Below are positions 59,766 to 64,000 of a DNA stretch of 64,000 bases, one piece after another. The position numbers and the translations under genes are program-made. Where the stretch lies: contig JAKRWE010000002.1 in the NCBI GenBank assembly GCA_024712425.1, positions 1,518 to 65,517 on the forward strand. Direction: 5' to 3'. The stretch's first letter is position 1, and every line of letters starts with the position of its first letter. Origin of the DNA: Chromatiales bacterium (GTDB taxonomy: Bacteria; Pseudomonadota; Gammaproteobacteria; Chromatiales; Chromatiaceae). Below the pieces are notes generated by a model. The model had not been told where the DNA came from, did no database searches, and was given only the letters and a program-made list of their open reading frames with translations.

Positions 59766-60542
59766 ATGGGTTTTCTCGCCAACAAGAAGGCGCTCGTCGT
59801 CGGTGTCGCCAGCAACCGTTCCATTGCCTATGGGGTGGCAAAGGCCATGCACCGCGAGGGCGCTGAACTCGCCTTTACCTATCAGGGGGACAAACTCGCC
59901 GACCGGGTCGCCGGTTTCGCCGGGGAATTCGATTCCAACATCGTACTGCCGATGGATGTCAGCAGCGACCAGGAGATCGAACAGGCCTTCGCCGAACTGG
60001 GCAAGCAGTGGGACGGCCTGGACTGCATCATCCACTCGGTCGGGTTTGCACCCCGCGACCAGCTCGAGGGAAGCTATATCGACGCAGTGACCCGCGAAGG
60101 TTTCCAGATCGCCCACGACATCAGTTCCTACAGCCTGGCGGCGCTGGCCAAGGCCGGACGGGACATGATGAAGGACCGTAATGGCAGCATCGTGACCATG
60201 AGCTACCTGGGCGCTGTGCGCACCGTGCCCAACTACAACGTCATGGGCGTGGCCAAGGCCTCGCTGGAGGCCAACGTGCGTTACCTCGCCGACAGCATGG
60301 GCCCCGAGGGCACCCGCGTGAACGCGGTCTCCGCCGGTCCCATTCGCACCCTGGCCGCCTCCGGCATCTCCGGTTTCCGCGGCATGCTGGCCGAGGCCGA
60401 GGCCAAGACCCCGCTGCGTCGCAACGTGACCATCGACGAGGTCGGCAACGCCGCCGCTTTCCTGTGCTCCGACCTGGCGTCCGGCATCACCGGGGGCGTG
60501 CTGTACGTGGACTCGGGCTATCACATCCTGGGCATGGCCTGA
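59766..60542 (+). CDS. fabI: enoyl-ACP reductase FabI
   Basis: 258 aa, [23 protein letters not shown]..., with the Tyr-x6-Lys region ([23 protein letters not shown]). Confidence 0.95.
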   Translation: MGFLANKKALVVGVASNRSIAYGVAKAMHREGAELAFTYQGDKLADRVAGFAGEFDSNIVLPMDVSSDQEIEQAFAELGKQWDGLDCIIHSVGFAPRDQLEGSYIDAVTREGFQIAHDISSYSLAALAKAGRDMMKDRNGSIVTMSYLGAVRTVPNYNVMGVAKASLEANVRYLADSMGPEGTRVNAVSAGPIRTLAASGISGFRGMLAEAEAKTPLRRNVTIDEVGNAAAFLCSDLASGITGGVLYVDSGYHILGMA

Positions 60543-60552
60543 GTAACCCTGT

Positions 60553-60574
60553 CTTCGCGGGCAAGCCCGCGAAT
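60553..60574. repeat. REP-like perfect palindrome between the convergent fabI and dctM genes
   Basis: CTTCGCGGGCAAGCCCGCGAAT has the same core as 9126-9149. Confidence 0.65.
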
Positions 60575-60582
60575 AGCCGCCG

Positions 60583-61989
60583 CTAATGAATCGTCACCGT
60601 CTCCGGTCCCATCAGGGCCGTGGGAACGACCGTGGACAGCCACGGGATGTAGGTGATCATGATCAGGAAGGCGAACAGGATCGCCAGCCAGGGCAGCGCG
60701 GCCTTGGCCACGGTCAGCACCGGCATACGCGCAACGCCCGCGGTCACGAACAGGTTCAGCCCCACCGGTGGGGTGATCATGCCGATTTCCATGTTGACCA
60801 CCATGATCACCCCAAGGTGAATGGGATCGATACCCAGTTTCATGGCGATGGGAAACGCCAGCGGCGCCACGATCACGATCAGCCCGGAAGGCTCCATGAA
60901 CTGGCCACCCAGCAGCAGGATCAGGTTGACGATCACCAGGAACATGACCGGTCCGAAGCCGGCCCCCAGCATCGCCTCGGCGATCTCCTGCGGGATCCAC
61001 TCCTCGGTCAACACCTGCTTCAGGATCAGCGCATTGGCGATGATGAACAGCAGCATGATGGTCAGCCTGCCCGCCTCCACCAGGGTGTGCCGGTGGTCGC
61101 GATGGAAGATCGCCGGGACCAGGTAGACAAAGAACTCCAACCAGCCACGCGCAAAGCCCTGCCCCCACGGTTCGCCCTCGCGACGTGCCGGCCGGCCCTT
61201 GAGCGGACCCATGTCACGGTACACGAAATTGGCGATGAAGAAGGCATACACCGAGGCCACAGCCGCCGCCTCGGTCGGGGTGAACACACCACCATAGATA
61301 CCACCGAGGATGATCACGATCAGGAAAAGCCCCCAGCCGGCGTCCGACGCGGCCTCGCGTATCTCCCCGAACCCCACCCAGGGCTGGGCCGGAAGATCCT
61401 TGATCCGCGCCGCCACATAGATACCGATCATCAGCATGAACCCGGCCAGTAGACCGGGAATGATGCCGGCAAGGAACATCCGGCCAACGGATACATCGGT
61501 GGCCGCCGCGTACACCACCATGACGATGGACGGCGGGATCAGGATGCCCAGGGTACCGGCATTGCAGATGACTCCCGCCGCAAAGTCCCGGCTGTAACCG
61601 ACCTTGACCATGCCGGCAATGACCAGGGTACCGATTGCCACCACGGTGGCTGGTGACGATCCGGACAGGGCCGCGAACAGCATACAGGCAAACACCCCGG
61701 CGATCGCCAGTCCGCCGCGGATATGCCCCACCGCCGCAATCGCAAAACGGATGATACGGCGCGCCACCCCGCCGGTAGACATGTAGGACGAGGCCAGGAT
61801 GAAAAAGGGGATGGCCAACAGGGTGTAGTGGCCCTCGAAGGCCTCGAACAGCGTCTGCGCCACCGAGGCAAGCGAGCTGTCCGAGTAGTAGAGCAGGAAC
61901 AGGATACTGGAGAGCCCCAGCGCCACCGCGATGAGCACCCCGATGGCAAGCAGCAGCAATACACCGCCGAAGAGCAGCGCGATCTCCAT
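60583..61989 (-). CDS. dctM: TRAP transporter large permease
   Basis: 468-aa polytopic protein with a DctM-like sequence (MEIALLFGGVLLLLAIG...). Confidence 0.9.
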   Translation of the reverse strand: MEIALLFGGVLLLLAIGVLIAVALGLSSILFLLYYSDSSLASVAQTLFEAFEGHYTLLAIPFFILASSYMSTGGVARRIIRFAIAAVGHIRGGLAIAGVFACMLFAALSGSSPATVVAIGTLVIAGMVKVGYSRDFAAGVICNAGTLGILIPPSIVMVVYAAATDVSVGRMFLAGIIPGLLAGFMLMIGIYVAARIKDLPAQPWVGFGEIREAASDAGWGLFLIVIILGGIYGGVFTPTEAAAVASVYAFFIANFVYRDMGPLKGRPARREGEPWGQGFARGWLEFFVYLVPAIFHRDHRHTLVEAGRLTIMLLFIIANALILKQVLTEEWIPQEIAEAMLGAGFGPVMFLVIVNLILLLGGQFMEPSGLIVIVAPLAFPIAMKLGIDPIHLGVIMVVNMEIGMITPPVGLNLFVTAGVARMPVLTVAKAALPWLAILFAFLIMITYIPWLSTVVPTALMGPETVTIH

Positions 61990-61990
61990 C

Positions 61991-62680
61991 TCAGCGCCCT
62001 CCCCTGTCGTCGATGCCCGGTATGTCCGGGTGCGCCTCCAGGTCCTCCTCGAAGTCCTCGATCTCGTCCTCCATGACCTCGTGGCTGGCGATGATCATGC
62101 GCTGTTCACCTTTCCAGATGCGCCAACCGACCTCCAGGAAGCGCAGGAACAGCAGGCCCATGCCGATCGGCAGGATGGCATAGGGAATATAGCGCGGCAG
62201 GTTCTCGTGGCGCGCCTCGCCCTCCTCCACCAGGCCGAACAGGCCCTGCAGCCAGTGCAGAAACGGGATGTCCTCGACCTCGCGAAAGCTGAGCTTGAAA
62301 TAGAACTTGGACCAGTATTCCCAGCCACCGTAGAGCAACAGGCCGGTGAACAGCAGGCAGGCAGCGACGGCAATCAGCGCCACTGTTTTTTGAATACGCG
62401 GTCTGAACAGATTGACCAAGGCATCCACCCCGAGATGGGCGGATATCTTGACCGCGTAGCTGACACCGAACAGCACCAGCCAGGCAAACAGATAGGTGGT
62501 CGCCTCCAATCCCCAGGTGATGCCGGAGTGGAACAGATAGCGCGCCACCACGTTGGCGAAGGTGATCACCGTCATCAGCCCCAGCAGCCCGGCGATGACG
62601 ATTTCCTCAAACTCGTTGACCAGATGGGAAAGCGCGTTACGTGGTTTCCAGCTCATGGGAACTCCCGGGGTCTCCCCCAC
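61991..62680 (-). CDS. dctQ: TRAP transporter small permease
   Basis: 229 aa with 4 TM and an acidic C-terminal tail. It lies between dctP and dctM. Confidence 0.8.
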   Translation of the reverse strand: MGETPGVPMSWKPRNALSHLVNEFEEIVIAGLLGLMTVITFANVVARYLFHSGITWGLEATTYLFAWLVLFGVSYAVKISAHLGVDALVNLFRPRIQKTVALIAVAACLLFTGLLLYGGWEYWSKFYFKLSFREVEDIPFLHWLQGLFGLVEEGEARHENLPRYIPYAILPIGMGLLFLRFLEVGWRIWKGEQRMIIASHEVMEDEIEDFEEDLEAHPDIPGIDDRGGR

Positions 62681-62681
62681 C

Positions 62682-62709
62682 CACCCTCCCCCGCGAGCGG
62701 GGGAGGGTG
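62682..62709 (-). other. 12-bp GC-rich stem-loop in the dctP-dctQ spacer
   Basis: CACCCTCCCCCG-CGAG-CGGGGGAGGGTG forms a perfect 12-bp stem with no T-run. Confidence 0.7.
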
Positions 62710-62722
62710 AAGAGGGGATGAA

Positions 62723-63727
62723 TCAGCCCTTGTTGGCCTTCTGCGCCGCGGCAATGACATCGGCACCCACGTTGTCCTCGAACTTCTTCCACACCGGTTT
62801 GAGCGCATCCACCCATTCCTGGCGCTGGGCCGGGGTCAGCGTCCTCACCGTGCTCCCGGCGGCGATGACCTTCTGCTTGTTCCGTTCGTTGATGCTGGTC
62901 GATACCTTGTTCCGCTCCGCCGTGACCTCCTTCAGAATCTGCGCCAACTGGCTCCGCACATCATCCGGCAGACCATTCCAGAACTCGGTAGAGGTGACCA
63001 CCAGGTAATCCAGCACGCCGTGATTGGTCTCGGTCACGCCATCCTGTACCTCGTAGAATTTCTTGGTGTAGATATTGGACCAGGTGTTCTCCTGGCCATC
63101 CACCACGCCGGTCTGCAGGGCCCCGTAGACCTCGGAGAAGGCCATCTTCTGCGGAATCGCTCCCAACTGCTCGAACTGCGCCTTCAGCACATCCGAACTC
63201 ATGATGCGAAACTTGAGCCCCTTGGCATCCGAGGGGTGAACCAGTGGCTTGTTTGCCGACATCTGCTTCATGCCGTTGTGCCAGAAGGCCAGCCCCTGCA
63301 GACCCTTCTTCTGCATGGAGTTCAGCAATTTCTGGCCAGTGGACGAATTCTGAAAACGATCCACCGCATCGATGTCGGTAAACATGAACGGCAGGTCGAA
63401 GATGCGGAATTTCTTGGTGTACTTCTCGAATTTGGACAGGGAGGGGGCCGCCATCTGCACATCGCCCAGCAACATCGCCTCCAGCACCTTCTTGTCGTTG
63501 TACAGCTGTTTGTTGGGGTAGACCTGCATGCAGACCTTGCCGTCCATCTCCTTGTTGACGCGCTTGGCCAGCAGCGCCGCCGCCTCGCCCTTGGGGTGGC
63601 CCTTGGCCGCCGTCACATGGCTGAACTTGATGACGATCTCGCCCTTGTCACAACCCTCGGATGCCAGGACCGCCCCGCTCGCCAGGGCCAGTGAGACGGC
63701 CAACGCCACGCTTGTGGATGCTTTCAT
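62723..63727 (-). CDS. dctP: TRAP transporter substrate-binding protein (DctP family)
   Basis: 334 aa with a signal peptide and the DctP-family pattern (IKFSHV...HPKG..., QLYNDKKVLEAMLLGDVQM). Confidence 0.9.
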   Translation of the reverse strand: MKASTSVALAVSLALASGAVLASEGCDKGEIVIKFSHVTAAKGHPKGEAAALLAKRVNKEMDGKVCMQVYPNKQLYNDKKVLEAMLLGDVQMAAPSLSKFEKYTKKFRIFDLPFMFTDIDAVDRFQNSSTGQKLLNSMQKKGLQGLAFWHNGMKQMSANKPLVHPSDAKGLKFRIMSSDVLKAQFEQLGAIPQKMAFSEVYGALQTGVVDGQENTWSNIYTKKFYEVQDGVTETNHGVLDYLVVTSTEFWNGLPDDVRSQLAQILKEVTAERNKVSTSINERNKQKVIAAGSTVRTLTPAQRQEWVDALKPVWKKFEDNVGADVIAAAQKANKG

Positions 63728-63837
63728 TCGGATATTCCTCCTGTTCGGTTATTTACAGGTTCAGGGAACCCGCCCAATAGACAGGCAAAAGTAGTGCCAC
63801 CTTCAATCCCCTGTATTCGCGGGCAAGGCTATCGCTG

Positions 63838-63859
63838 GATGGGCGGATATCCGCCCATC
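63838..63859. promoter_or_regulatory. 22-bp perfect palindrome upstream of dctP
   Basis: GATGGGCGGATATCCGCCCATC lies about 110 bp upstream of the dctP start. Its function is unknown (operator or leftover terminator). Confidence 0.3.
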
Positions 63860-63917
63860 ACGCCGCAATCCATACCCCTTTTATGACTCACGCCGATTGC
63901 CACGAACCGGCAAACAC

Positions 63918-64000
63918 TGTCAACCCAATTCTAAAATGTCCCCTTTTCTCCCAAGCTGAAATGTCCCCTTGGTGAGTCCGGGGTCATGAGGGGACGAGGG
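63918..64000 (-). mobile_element. 491-bp non-autonomous IS derivative, copy 5 (truncated by the window edge)
   Basis: TGTCAACCCAATTCTAAAATGTCCCCTTTTCTCCCAAGCTGAAATGTCCCCTTGGTGAG... is identical to the start of copy 4. Confidence 0.8.

Overview
This is a GC-rich gammaproteobacterial chromosome segment. The gene content (soxXA, a glycine/tyrosine-rich Sgp-like secreted protein, a cbb3 oxidase with its full assembly cluster, and two FNR-type regulators) suggests a microaerobic sulfur oxidiser, but that is inference. All gene identities come from reading the translations and recalling family motifs; no database search was run.

Most of the window is conserved housekeeping synteny:
- aat-bpt-infA / clpA-clpS / cspD / icd / rluE-NUDIX::mnmA-hflD-purB
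- ihfB-rpsA-cmk-aroA-tyrA-hisC-pheA-serA-serC-gyrA
- ispD-ftsB-eno-kdsA-pyrG
- fnr-fnr2-ccoNOQP-(small ORF)-ccoGHIS
- dnaQ-rnhA-methyltransferase / mltD
- a yejABEF-like peptide ABC operon, fabI, and a dctPQM TRAP transporter

The only clearly accessory stretch runs from about 23.5 to 31.8 kb. It holds a two-gene SBP plus HAMP-PAS-GGDEF-EAL operon in which both genes carry single-nucleotide frameshifts. It also holds an isolated soxXA pair. Next to these is the most unusual structure in the window, built from a 491-bp internally deleted IS derivative that keeps only the HTH. Three copies sit in a perfect 879-bp head-to-tail array, which co-amplifies a pseudo-receiver gene fragment. A fourth, inverted copy forms a long palindrome around a fragment of a second IS. 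A fifth copy lies at the window edge.

Other points worth a second look:
- a family of 9-nt-periodic inverted repeats that fills three consecutive intergenic gaps
- an unannotated 38-aa membrane ORF between ccoP and ccoG
- a NUDIX-MnmA in-frame fusion
- a small Cys-rich secreted protein that ends the ABC operon

I recognised no rRNA, tRNA or CRISPR array, and no defence or prophage genes.
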